From IMG/VR virus record IMGVR_UViG_3300046808_000096: 15,112 nt of DNA; one strand, 5' to 3'. The notes under the pieces are model-generated. The model worked only from the letters and a program-made list of their open reading frames with translations. It made no database searches and had not been told where the DNA came from. The translations under genes and the position numbers were made by a program. Source of the DNA: a virus. Position 1 is the stretch's first letter; the number at the start of each line of letters is the position of its first letter. Shown one piece after another: positions 6,925 through 13,841 of the stretch.

Positions 6925-7332
6925 TCAAGCATTACGCTCATCTTTGGGCGTGTCTTGCTTAGGTTTAGACTTCAAGCCGTTACCAGCCAAGACGCCACCA
7001 AGCGAACCGGTCAAGAAAATTGCAAGAGTTTTAAGCAAGTCAATAAAAGCTGCATCATTTGGCGCTTGCGCAGCAATTGGTTGCGTGACAAATATCAGCG
7101 CATAAACGACACCGACTGTAACAATCAAAAATGTCAAGGCTAAAGTGCCGCCAATAATAAGAATAAGCCGAGCATGGATATCTTCAGGAGCTAACCTTTT
7201 CTGCATCCTGCGATGGGTTGTGTCCATAGATATCCGATGTGCAAGTGCCCGTTTCCAGACATCTTGGCTTGTTGCATTCGGGCTTTTCCCAGTTTTCGGC
7301 TGCTTGACATGGATATCTTGTCCATCCGTCAT
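6925..7332 (-). CDS. Holin-like membrane protein (2 or more TM segments, highly charged C-terminus); start uncertain
   Basis: RLILIIGGTLALTFLIVTVGVVYALIFV and FIDLLKTLAIFLTGSLGGVLAG are hydrophobic segments, followed by KSKPKQDTPKDERNA. Candidate starts are ATG 7332, 7227 and 7206. All of them overlap the lipobox ORF in another frame. Confidence 0.55.
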   Translation of the reverse strand: MTDGQDIHVKQPKTGKSPNATSQDVWKRALAHRISMDTTHRRMQKRLAPEDIHARLILIIGGTLALTFLIVTVGVVYALIFVTQPIAAQAPNDAAFIDLLKTLAIFLTGSLGGVLAGNGLKSKPKQDTPKDERNA

Positions 7333-7405
7333 AAGAGCACCCAGCTAGTAAAAGAGCGACAATCGCTACTTCAAGCCAAAGGCAGAATCGTTTGGATTTA
7401 GCCAT
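7184..7405 (-). CDS. Putative small Cys-rich lipoprotein, overlapping the holin 3' end and the 5' end of the next membrane-protein ORF
   Basis: MAKSKRFCLWLEVAIVALLLAGC has a positively charged n-region, a hydrophobic core and a canonical L-A-G-C lipobox. The mature part has four further Cys residues (YPCQ, PECN, PRCL, GTCT). Several frames are open in this region, so it could be spurious. Confidence 0.45.
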   Translation of the reverse strand: MAKSKRFCLWLEVAIVALLLAGCSYDGWTRYPCQAAENWEKPECNKPRCLETGTCTSDIYGHNPSQDAEKVSS

Positions 7406-7545
7406 CGGATAATCACCGGAATCACCGCTGCTGCGCCAGCCATCCCAAGAGTTTTAGGATCAGTTTCGCCAGCCATGTAGAGCGCAAGAGAAGCTGCTAA
7501 AAATGAGCGAGCCCATGAAGCGACCAATGCTTTTGCTTCTTTCAT
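7366..7545 (-). CDS. Small two-TM holin-like protein, 59 aa (not in the ORF track)
   Basis: My translation from ATG 7545 (ATGA overlap with the endolysin stop) is MKEAKALVASWARSFLAASLALYMAGETDPKTLGMAGAAAVIPVIIRWLNPNDSAFGLK*. It has two short hydrophobic helices separated by a polar turn and lies directly downstream of the lysin. It resembles small Gram-positive/actinophage holins. Confidence 0.7.
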   Translation of the reverse strand: MKEAKALVASWARSFLAASLALYMAGETDPKTLGMAGAAAVIPVIIRWLNPNDSAFGLK

Positions 7546-8063
7546 TTTTTCTTACCTTTCAGAATGCCAGTCGATGGAATTTCCACCGCTGGATATTCTC
7601 CCGAAAATGCAAGATATTTTGGTCTTGCGAAACCAACAATTTCTTTGCCAATTGTGCGCACCTTAACCATGACCTGACCACCATTAGCTTGTGATCCGCT
7701 GCCGGATGTGTTGCCCTCAATGGTGAGCACCTGTTTTTTGTCAATTAGTCCGACTACTAAGCCGATGTGTTCAATGGAATTTTTCCCACTAAAACCCATA
7801 TAAACCAAATCGCCGAGCTCTGGCAAACCATCGACCCAGCAGCCGAATTCTTTCATCTTGTTAGCACCTTGAATTGTGCTTATTTGGCTAGGTAGCTTCT
7901 TAATGCCAGCGCGCTTTGCGCACCAATCTATGAAGTAACCGCACCACGCCAAGCCATTCTCATTGTTATACTTAACGAGATTGTCACCGGTTTCAGTCAC
8001 GCCAATTTCATCTTTAGCTACGCGTATCATGCGCGCTGCCGTTCCCAATGGATATTCAGCCAT
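7542..8063 (-). CDS. CHAP-domain peptidoglycan hydrolase (endolysin)
   Basis: GLAWCGYFIDWCAKRAG carries the candidate catalytic Cys. GDLVYMGFSGKNSIEHIGLVVG carries the His, followed by LTIEGNTSGSG. I prefer ATG 8063 (MAEYPLG..., 8-nt overlap with the upstream stop) over the track start at 8096. Confidence 0.85.
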   Translation of the reverse strand: MAEYPLGTAARMIRVAKDEIGVTETGDNLVKYNNENGLAWCGYFIDWCAKRAGIKKLPSQISTIQGANKMKEFGCWVDGLPELGDLVYMGFSGKNSIEHIGLVVGLIDKKQVLTIEGNTSGSGSQANGGQVMVKVRTIGKEIVGFARPKYLAFSGEYPAVEIPSTGILKGKKK

Positions 8064-8340
8064 TATGCGCCTCGTTTTCACAATCCCAATCACCAAGCTC
8101 GTTAAGCGCAGCTTCCCGATGGCATTTTGGTTGTATAAACATATCTAAAATTTCGTTATAGGTATCACCAATTCCAGCAAAACGCTTACGGATTTTGCCA
8201 TTGTAAGAAGTTTTGACCCAAGTTCCGCCAAGATTATCAATCAACCATTGATAGCCCTCATCGCCATTTGGATCATTGTTGTCTGTAACCAAAACGCGAA
8301 TGACTATATTGTTTTCATCAATTTCCGCAAAGTGTGCCAT
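8056..8340 (-). CDS. Conserved phage hypothetical protein (MxHFAxIDENNIV... type)
   Basis: A 94-aa ORF: MAHFAEIDENNIVIRVLVTDNN...GGTWVKTSYNGKIRKRFAGIGDTYNEILDMFIQP. This N-terminal pattern recurs in small proteins of unknown function in many phages. TAATG junction with the upstream gene. Confidence 0.6.
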   Translation of the reverse strand: MAHFAEIDENNIVIRVLVTDNNDPNGDEGYQWLIDNLGGTWVKTSYNGKIRKRFAGIGDTYNEILDMFIQPKCHREAALNELGDWDCENEAHNG

Positions 8341-9203
8341 TAAGCTGCATACCTCACAATCACAATTCCTGAGCCGCCATTTCCAGCAGTATATGGACTA
8401 GATCCACCGCCTGAACCACCGCCGCCTGTATTCGCAGTTCCATTTGTGCCGGCATTTGTTCCACCGCCGCCATTTACGGCAGTTCCGGCAGTCGTAGCGC
8501 CCCAAGTTCCGCCGCCGCCGCCGCCGGCATAACCATTGCCGACACCTGTGGAAGTAGCAGTTGCCCAAGTCGAATATGAAGTATTTCCAACGCCGCCATC
8601 TTGTCTGCCACCAATGCCGCCAGCTCCGCCGCCGCCAGCACCATTTTTACCAGTTGAACCGGTAATACTTCCGCCAGCATAACCCTCAACCGGAGAGTAA
8701 CCGCCTTGATTTCCGGCACCGCCATTGTAACTTGTAGAGCCGCCATCAGTAGAAGCGCCGCCACCTGAGCCGCCGGGTTCGCCATCACTGCCACCACCGA
8801 ACCAACCTAAACCGCCGCCCGTGCAGCTTGTTGAAAATGCACTTGAATTGCTGCCTTTTGTGCCAGTGTCATTTGTTCTTTGTGATCCGCCACCGCCAAT
8901 AGTGATTGTGTAACCAGTTGCAGAAACTGATGCAGTTAAAACTCTAAAACCGCCAGCTCCAGCGCCCGAACCGCCGCCGTAATGTCCATAACCGCCAAGA
9001 TTGCCTGAACCGCCACCACCACCGCCGGCAACCATCAAATATTCAATTGATAAATTTTCCAGTGGTGTAAAAGTTCCCGATGAAGTAAATGTGTGATAGT
9101 AATAACCATCACTTAGCACAATTGTGCCACCAGTAGCTTTTGGAGCAGCTAATTTTCCAAATTCTCCAAATGCGTTTTTACCAACGCGCTCAATGTAAGG
9201 CAT
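8340..9203 (-). CDS. Glycine-rich minor tail / tail fibre-associated protein
   Basis: A 287-aa ORF with YYYHTFTSSGTFTP...IEYLMVAGGGGGGSG...GGGSGAGAGG and repeated GGxG runs through to the C-terminus, ending ...GGSGIVIVRYAA. This architecture is typical of glycine-rich-domain tail proteins. Confidence 0.7.
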   Translation of the reverse strand: MPYIERVGKNAFGEFGKLAAPKATGGTIVLSDGYYYHTFTSSGTFTPLENLSIEYLMVAGGGGGGSGNLGGYGHYGGGSGAGAGGFRVLTASVSATGYTITIGGGGSQRTNDTGTKGSNSSAFSTSCTGGGLGWFGGGSDGEPGGSGGGASTDGGSTSYNGGAGNQGGYSPVEGYAGGSITGSTGKNGAGGGGAGGIGGRQDGGVGNTSYSTWATATSTGVGNGYAGGGGGGTWGATTAGTAVNGGGGTNAGTNGTANTGGGGSGGGSSPYTAGNGGSGIVIVRYAA

Positions 9204-9811
9204 TAGGCAAACTTTGTTTGAGAAGCCAGAACTGTGTAAGTTGGCGTTGATGCGGTTTTGATAATTGTAAAAACATAAGCATCAATCGCAGATGCATTGC
9301 CCGCACTTGGAGCAGTTCCGCCTTGCCATTTTGGTGTAACCGCTGATCCATCAATTTGAAAAGCGGTTGGATAATATGCGGTTGCTCCATTTGTATTTAA
9401 GAAAACAATTGTAATCGATTGACCAACCGCTAAAAGTGTTGAAAGAGAAACGCTTGATGATTTGCGGAAATTGAGCGTAAAGTTTGCCGAAGCGTTAGAT
9501 GTGTAATACCAAACACCGCCTAATGAACCTACTTCCACATTTATCGTTCCTGTTGCAGCGGTGGCAGATACATTGACCACTTCTAAAGGTGCGTTGAATG
9601 GTGAATTGGTTTGGACATTATTGTCAATCCAAGTGAAATCCATATTTGTTGCCGAAGTTTTAGACAAAATTTGTCCAGTTGTGCCACCTTTTAATTCAGC
9701 TAAAGATGTATCCACCGCTTGACCAAAGACTTCAAAGTCTGCTGGCAAGTCTGTGACCAAGTCAGAATTTGTTGGCATTTGCCAGCCAAAATTCGAAGTT
9801 GGATTGCTCAT
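9203..9811 (-). CDS. Minor tail protein / tail fibre (receptor-binding candidate)
   Basis: A 202-aa ORF. N-terminus NFGWQMPTNSDLVTDLPADFEVFGQAVDTSL and GGTTGQILSKTSATNMDFTW resemble fibre N-terminal motifs, and the C-terminal half is rich in beta-strand-type sequence. It sits between the Dit-like and glycine-rich proteins. Confidence 0.6.
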   Translation of the reverse strand: MSNPTSNFGWQMPTNSDLVTDLPADFEVFGQAVDTSLAELKGGTTGQILSKTSATNMDFTWIDNNVQTNSPFNAPLEVVNVSATAATGTINVEVGSLGGVWYYTSNASANFTLNFRKSSSVSLSTLLAVGQSITIVFLNTNGATAYYPTAFQIDGSAVTPKWQGGTAPSAGNASAIDAYVFTIIKTASTPTYTVLASQTKFA

Positions 9812-9824
9812 GTGTTCTCCTTTG

Positions 9825-11063
9825 TTACGCCACTATTGTCGCATTTGCCCAATCCAAAGTCGGCGCGACACTCGACCAAGTTTCTACTATCGGCACATCA
9901 TTCCACCTCATTGCTTGCAAACTGAATGAAATTGGCGATGCGGTTATTGTTAAGGCTAATTGGTTAAATCCGGCTTTCCATGTCCAGCCCTCGACAAAGC
10001 CTAAGAATTGACCTGAAACCATATTCAATGGCAAGTCAGGCACGGAAATAGGTAAGCCCATGAATACATTGATTAACGCATCTCGCTCCGCATTACTCAA
10101 TTCAGGGTTTGTTAATTCAAAGGTAAGCGCATTGAAATTTGCTTGCGGATAAGCGCGCAAAGCTAAATAAAAATCGGCTTGATCCTGCGCATCTGCCGCC
10201 TTGTCAAGTGTCGTTTGGAAAATCTGCGCAATTTCTCCATAAATGGCAATTGAATCTGCATCGCTAGCTGATGCCTGTCCGCCATTATGGTAAGCGACTG
10301 TTACTTGATTTCGGACATCTCCGGCGCGTGTTTGAATGCTTACGCCGCGAGCAAGCGCCTTGTTTGCGCTAATTTCGGTGTATCCATTGGTTGAAAGATA
10401 ATTGGTTCTATGCGTGGAATCTGCATAACTAATTCGACCCTGAGCATCCTCGTATAAATAGCCAAGTCCTGAACTAGCTAAAGCACTAACTAATGAATAC
10501 ACATCGGTTCGGCTAGACGATCTGGCAGCTAATTCGTAATTGCCGGTGTCTATTGTGCCAACGCCGCTATTGCCGGCATTTGCCCAAGTCACTCCAGCTT
10601 CATAAGTTGCCCAAGTCGTTGATGATGGAACTTCACTCCAAGTCGCAAAAAGCACATCTCGCAAAATAACGGCAATTTGCTCGCCATCAAGAGCTTTACT
10701 TAAAACGCCATTGGTCAATGCTTTTGGCAATCGAGCAAGCGCACCAACCGCCGTGATTGTCACCGATTGGGTTAAAGCCACTTGGCTTGCCGTTTGAACT
10801 GTGATGCCAATATCTACAATTTCGCCACCAAATAACGGCACATAATCGCCATTTGAATCTTGCACGGAAATGGTTAAAGATTCCTGAATACCAAAAGAAA
10901 GCTGTGACTGGTCGAGATTGATTAGCGTGATATTTGCGTATCCGGCATAAGCTTGTTCGTAAATGTTTGTGCGACCAGAAGTGATTGACAAATCTGCCAA
11001 AATCGCATTTGTGAAATTTGTGCCAGCGATTTGAACCTGCCAAATCGGTTTGAATGCCGTCAT
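9825..11063 (-). CDS. Distal tail (Dit-like) / minor tail protein
   Basis: A 412-aa ORF immediately downstream of the tape measure gene (ATGA overlap at 11060..11063). The assignment is by position; I cannot tell Dit from Tal by eye. Confidence 0.55.
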   Translation of the reverse strand: MTAFKPIWQVQIAGTNFTNAILADLSITSGRTNIYEQAYAGYANITLINLDQSQLSFGIQESLTISVQDSNGDYVPLFGGEIVDIGITVQTASQVALTQSVTITAVGALARLPKALTNGVLSKALDGEQIAVILRDVLFATWSEVPSSTTWATYEAGVTWANAGNSGVGTIDTGNYELAARSSSRTDVYSLVSALASSGLGYLYEDAQGRISYADSTHRTNYLSTNGYTEISANKALARGVSIQTRAGDVRNQVTVAYHNGGQASASDADSIAIYGEIAQIFQTTLDKAADAQDQADFYLALRAYPQANFNALTFELTNPELSNAERDALINVFMGLPISVPDLPLNMVSGQFLGFVEGWTWKAGFNQLALTITASPISFSLQAMRWNDVPIVETWSSVAPTLDWANATIVA

Positions 11064-12556
11064 GTCACTAAGCCGCCAGCGCCGCCAGTTCCACGATAAA
11101 AGCTTGAATTCAATGTATTTACAATCGTGCGAGCCGTGCCCTCTGGATCAATAGCGCCCGACACATTAACCACGACTTGCGGTGTGCCATCCATAGCTGA
11201 AAGTTTATTTAAGACACCGGTAGGCGTATTGATTGACTTTGCATTGGCGTTTGCGGCTATCGATGCCAAAATCAAATCATTTGATTGCTCTGCTAAATTC
11301 TTTGTAACTGTGGCAGTTTTTGTGCCAGTTCCGGTCAAAGTTCCGCCACCGCCTAATGATCCAAGTGAGCCCAATGAAATGCCACCGCCACCGCCACCGC
11401 CGCCGCCACCTGAACCGCCAGTCATTAAATTTGGGTTGCTGCTATAAACCTGCGAGCTTCCGCCGCCGCCATTTATCACGCTCATCAGAAGACCGGTTGC
11501 GATGCCAACGCCAGCAAGAGCCGCAATTGCAGTTCCAACGCTCACGCCAGCAGTTGCAAAAGCGGCTGCAATGCCTGTGGTGATGTAAGCGGTGCGCAAT
11601 AAAGCGAGCGCGCCAATAATTGCCTGAATGCCAGCAACCACTTTGCTTGCTACAAAGACTGTTGCCAATACGCCGGCGAGAATTGCGAGTTCATCCTTAA
11701 AGCGAATGACAAAATCAATCATGTTACGAATGCGCTCGCCCCATAGATAAAACGCTTCATAAGTTCCGTTTAAGCCCTCTAGAACACTTTCATCGCCTGT
11801 TAAACCACCAATGACCGCTTGAAGAGCTGGAACAAAATGCTGCAATAACCAGCCAGTCAAATCTTGCACCACTGGCAAGAGAGCTGCACCAATAGATTCA
11901 TTCGCTTCATCAAGCGCAATCTTTACGCGAGCCAATTGCTTCTCTGTGCTTACGGCTTCGTTTTCAGCAAAGTTGCCAAATGTTTTATCTAATTCGGTAA
12001 AGATTTTATTGAAATCGCCACTTTTGATTATGCTTGCATCTAAACCCAAGCCTAAGCGACTAAGAGAAGCAACATTGCCGTCATAAGCTTTGCCAAGAGC
12101 GTTTGCTACCGCTTCAAGTGGTTTGCCTGTGGCTGAAGTAATATCAAGCGCCAAATTAAGCAAGCGTTGAGCTTCATCGACATCTTTTGTTGATCTAACT
12201 AATCGACCAAGAGCAGGGCGCAATTCATCATCGGTTACGCCAATAGCAATTGATGTTTTGCTTATGTAATCCTCAACGGCTGAAATTTGACCTCTTGTTG
12301 CATTGGTTGTGTTTTCAATTGTCAAGGCCAATTTTCTTTGAGCAGCTTCGTCAGCTGCCGCATTTTCAATTGCCTGTTTTGCGTAAGCTCCAACGGCTGC
12401 GCCAGCGGCTGCAAAAGCTAAAGCGGCTTTTTTGCCAAAATCGACAATCTGATCTGATGCGCTTTTAGTTTGCGCCGTTGATTTGTTTAAGCCATCGGTG
12501 AAGTTATTTATATCGGCAAGAAGTTTGAGCGTTAATGTTCTCGATGCTGATGCCAT
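11060..12556 (-). CDS. Tail tape measure protein
   Basis: A 498-aa ORF with an alpha-helical Ala/Leu/Lys-rich N-terminal half and a long hydrophobic block (ILAGVLATVFVASKVVAGIQAIIGALALL...GVGIATGLLMSVING). A poly-Gly tract follows. It is the largest tail-module gene. Confidence 0.85.
   Translation of the reverse strand: MASASRTLTLKLLADINNFTDGLNKSTAQTKSASDQIVDFGKKAALAFAAAGAAVGAYAKQAIENAAADEAAQRKLALTIENTTNATRGQISAVEDYISKTSIAIGVTDDELRPALGRLVRSTKDVDEAQRLLNLALDITSATGKPLEAVANALGKAYDGNVASLSRLGLGLDASIIKSGDFNKIFTELDKTFGNFAENEAVSTEKQLARVKIALDEANESIGAALLPVVQDLTGWLLQHFVPALQAVIGGLTGDESVLEGLNGTYEAFYLWGERIRNMIDFVIRFKDELAILAGVLATVFVASKVVAGIQAIIGALALLRTAYITTGIAAAFATAGVSVGTAIAALAGVGIATGLLMSVINGGGGSSQVYSSNPNLMTGGSGGGGGGGGGGISLGSLGSLGGGGTLTGTGTKTATVTKNLAEQSNDLILASIAANANAKSINTPTGVLNKLSAMDGTPQVVVNVSGAIDPEGTARTIVNTLNSSFYRGTGGAGGLVT
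11381..11410 (-). repeat. Trinucleotide (NCC)10 tract on the plus strand, i.e. a (GGN)10 poly-glycine run inside the tape measure gene
   Basis: Plus strand reads gccaccgccaccgccaccgccgccgccacc. It is in frame with the TMP ORF and encodes the poly-Gly run in ...GGSGGGG...GISLGSLGSLGGGG. Confidence 0.9.
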
Positions 12557-12559
12557 CTT

Positions 12560-13024
12560 TTAACCCCACTCATTCAAAATCTTTTGGAAGCCTTGCTCCC
12601 ATTCTCTCACGATGTAAGGCTGCTCACGGCGAAGCGTTGGATATATAAACCAACCTCTCGAACCGCGACCCTCGCGACCTGACCACACCGGAAATTGTTT
12701 GTATTTATTAGATCCAAATTCATTGCCGCCCCAAAGCATTTGGGTCGTGCCGCCGCCTGAAAACTTTTGGGATGCAAAACCAATTGAAAGCTCGCCAATT
12801 TTGGATGATTTCTTCACACGGCTGCCCTCAGCAATACGCGATGCCGCTTTTGTGCTATTGCCGCGAGCGTGAGCCGCATTGATTATTTTGCCTTGCAAAT
12901 AAGAAGCTAAAGCGCCCGATTGCTCTTTCGCAGCTTCGATAGCGCCATCTTCCATATTTTTAAAAGCCTTAAAGAGCGCGGAAAGCTCGGCTTTGTCAAA
13001 AGCCATTGCCTCTTCGTCAGCCAT
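12560..13024 (-). CDS. HK97 gp10-family-like head-tail joining / tail completion protein, in an atypical position
   Basis: A 154-aa ORF. Helical N-terminus (LSALFKAFKNMEDGAIEAAKEQSGALASYLQGKIINAA), a central GGNEFGS motif (compare the vEfG motif) and a C-terminal GWFIYPTLRREQPYIVREWEQ (compare PFLxPAL) resemble the gp10 family. AAAGGAG lies upstream of the ATG. Confidence 0.45.
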   Translation of the reverse strand: MADEEAMAFDKAELSALFKAFKNMEDGAIEAAKEQSGALASYLQGKIINAAHARGNSTKAASRIAEGSRVKKSSKIGELSIGFASQKFSGGGTTQMLWGGNEFGSNKYKQFPVWSGREGRGSRGWFIYPTLRREQPYIVREWEQGFQKILNEWG

Positions 13025-13405
13025 TGCGCTCCTTTAATAACTCCATCACTGTGTGCAAATCTTCAGCCGATTGAAACTCTGACGGCGGAATTCCTGAAGC
13101 TAGTGATAGCTGCCAGATTATTCGGCTGATGCTTCCGTCTGGGTGGCTTTTGGGTTTGCATCACCGACAATCACATCAATAACGCTTTCGCACCAAATCT
13201 CAAAAGGTTTGATTGGCGTAGCTCCTGCCGTTTCACGCTTCATGGCGTGATAGGCAAGGAAGAGAAGATCGTGCAGCCCAATCTTCTCTTGCGCTTGCGA
13301 AATTGTGTTGCCTGTCTTTAGCTCCCATTTAACCCACTCAGGCGGCTGCGCGATGTAGGTTGCTTGTTTGCCGTTTGTGTATTCAATTGTTATTGGTAAC
13401 TTCAT
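13017..13405 (-). CDS. Predicted -1 frameshift product of the tail assembly chaperone (gpGT-like), about 129 aa
   Basis: After a slip at C CCA AAA (13154..13148), the -1 frame reads SHPDGSISRIIWQLSLASGIPPSEFQSAEDLHTVMELLKERNG*. It stays open for 43 codons across the otherwise non-coding stretch 13025..13117. It stops at TGA 13019..13017, overlapping the next gene's ATG. Confidence 0.65.
13118..13405 (-). CDS. Tail assembly chaperone (gpG-like, zero-frame product, 95 aa)
   Basis: A small acidic-tailed ORF directly after the major tail gene. It contains an in-frame slippery heptamer near its 3' end. Confidence 0.75.
   Translation of the reverse strand: MKLPITIEYTNGKQATYIAQPPEWVKWELKTGNTISQAQEKIGLHDLLFLAYHAMKRETAGATPIKPFEIWCESVIDVIVGDANPKATQTEASAE
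13148..13154 (-). promoter_or_regulatory. Canonical X XXY YYZ -1 ribosomal slippery heptamer C CCA AAA
   Basis: The minus-strand codons AAC CCA AAA (13156..13148) are in the chaperone zero frame. The heptamer CCCAAAA therefore sits in the correct phase for tandem tRNA slippage. Confidence 0.65.
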
Positions 13406-13422
13406 TGCTCCCGATCTCCTTT

Positions 13423-13830
13423 TTAACTGAATGTTTCAGTAACTGTGCCTTGATAGACCTTAAAGTTCCAGCTAACTGTTTGTGCATCAATTCCTGCACC
13501 GCCAGCAGTCGGAAAATCCGGCATGATGCCGAAAACAAATTGCGCGCCTGTTGCAGCAGTTAGCGTTACGCTGATTGCGGTGTCAGGTGCTGATTCAGCT
13601 GCTGCCCAAATGGCTTCGCAAACTGAATCTGTCTTGCCCCAATCGGCAAGCATTTCCAGAGCAAATGTGCCGGTCAAATTCGTAGTTTTATACGCTTCGC
13701 CGTCAAGTGTCTGATATGTCTGGCGCTCATTGACTTTTGTTAGCACCGCGCTAGTCGCTTGCGCCTCGATGTCAGTGCCGCCAGTAAATGAAAGGCTGAT
13801 ATTGCGCCCCGTGATTACTGTGGTTGCCAC
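13423..13830 (-). CDS. Major tail (tube) protein
   Basis: A 135-aa ORF immediately upstream of the chaperone/frameshift pair and downstream of the neck proteins. Strong RBS context (GGAGAAACAAAGTG...). The assignment is by position. Confidence 0.6.
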   Translation of the reverse strand: MATTVITGRNISLSFTGGTDIEAQATSAVLTKVNERQTYQTLDGEAYKTTNLTGTFALEMLADWGKTDSVCEAIWAAAESAPDTAISVTLTAATGAQFVFGIMPDFPTAGGAGIDAQTVSWNFKVYQGTVTETFS

Positions 13831-13841
13831 TTTGTTTCTCC

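Noticed and set aside
6854-6928. N-terminal extension of the small TM ORF (track start at 6928)
   Set aside because: It would start at a non-ATG codon overlapping the upstream stop and encode a non-hydrophobic leader. ATG 6853 is preceded by GGGAG. The region is kept as a candidate non-coding control region instead.
6955-7401. Plus-strand ORFs 6955..7143, 7145..7348, 7213..7401 and 7503..7694, and minus-strand ORF 7559..7744
   Set aside because: They are antisense or out of frame to the lysis-cassette genes. This region is simply poor in stop codons in several frames, which is also why the lipobox ORF is given only moderate confidence.
6925-7405. Straightforward annotation as an Rz/Rz1 (i-spanin/o-spanin) pair
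   Set aside because: The gene order is reversed relative to known overlapped spanins. The membrane partner has two TM segments and no long periplasmic coiled coil. The rest of the genome suggests a host without an outer membrane. It is kept as an open finding rather than a feature call.
8474-8797. 107-aa minus-strand ORF inside the glycine-rich tail gene, and ORF 9190..9390
   Set aside because: These are frame-shifted readings of GGN-repeat DNA, giving Ala/Leu/Pro-rich low-complexity peptides. They are an artefact of the repetitive codon structure.
10696-11583. ORFs 10696..11043 (minus), 11127..11447 (plus, contains a poly-Pro run) and 11320..11583 (plus)
   Set aside because: They are embedded in the Dit-like and tape measure genes. 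The poly-Pro run is the reverse-complement reading of the poly-Gly tract.
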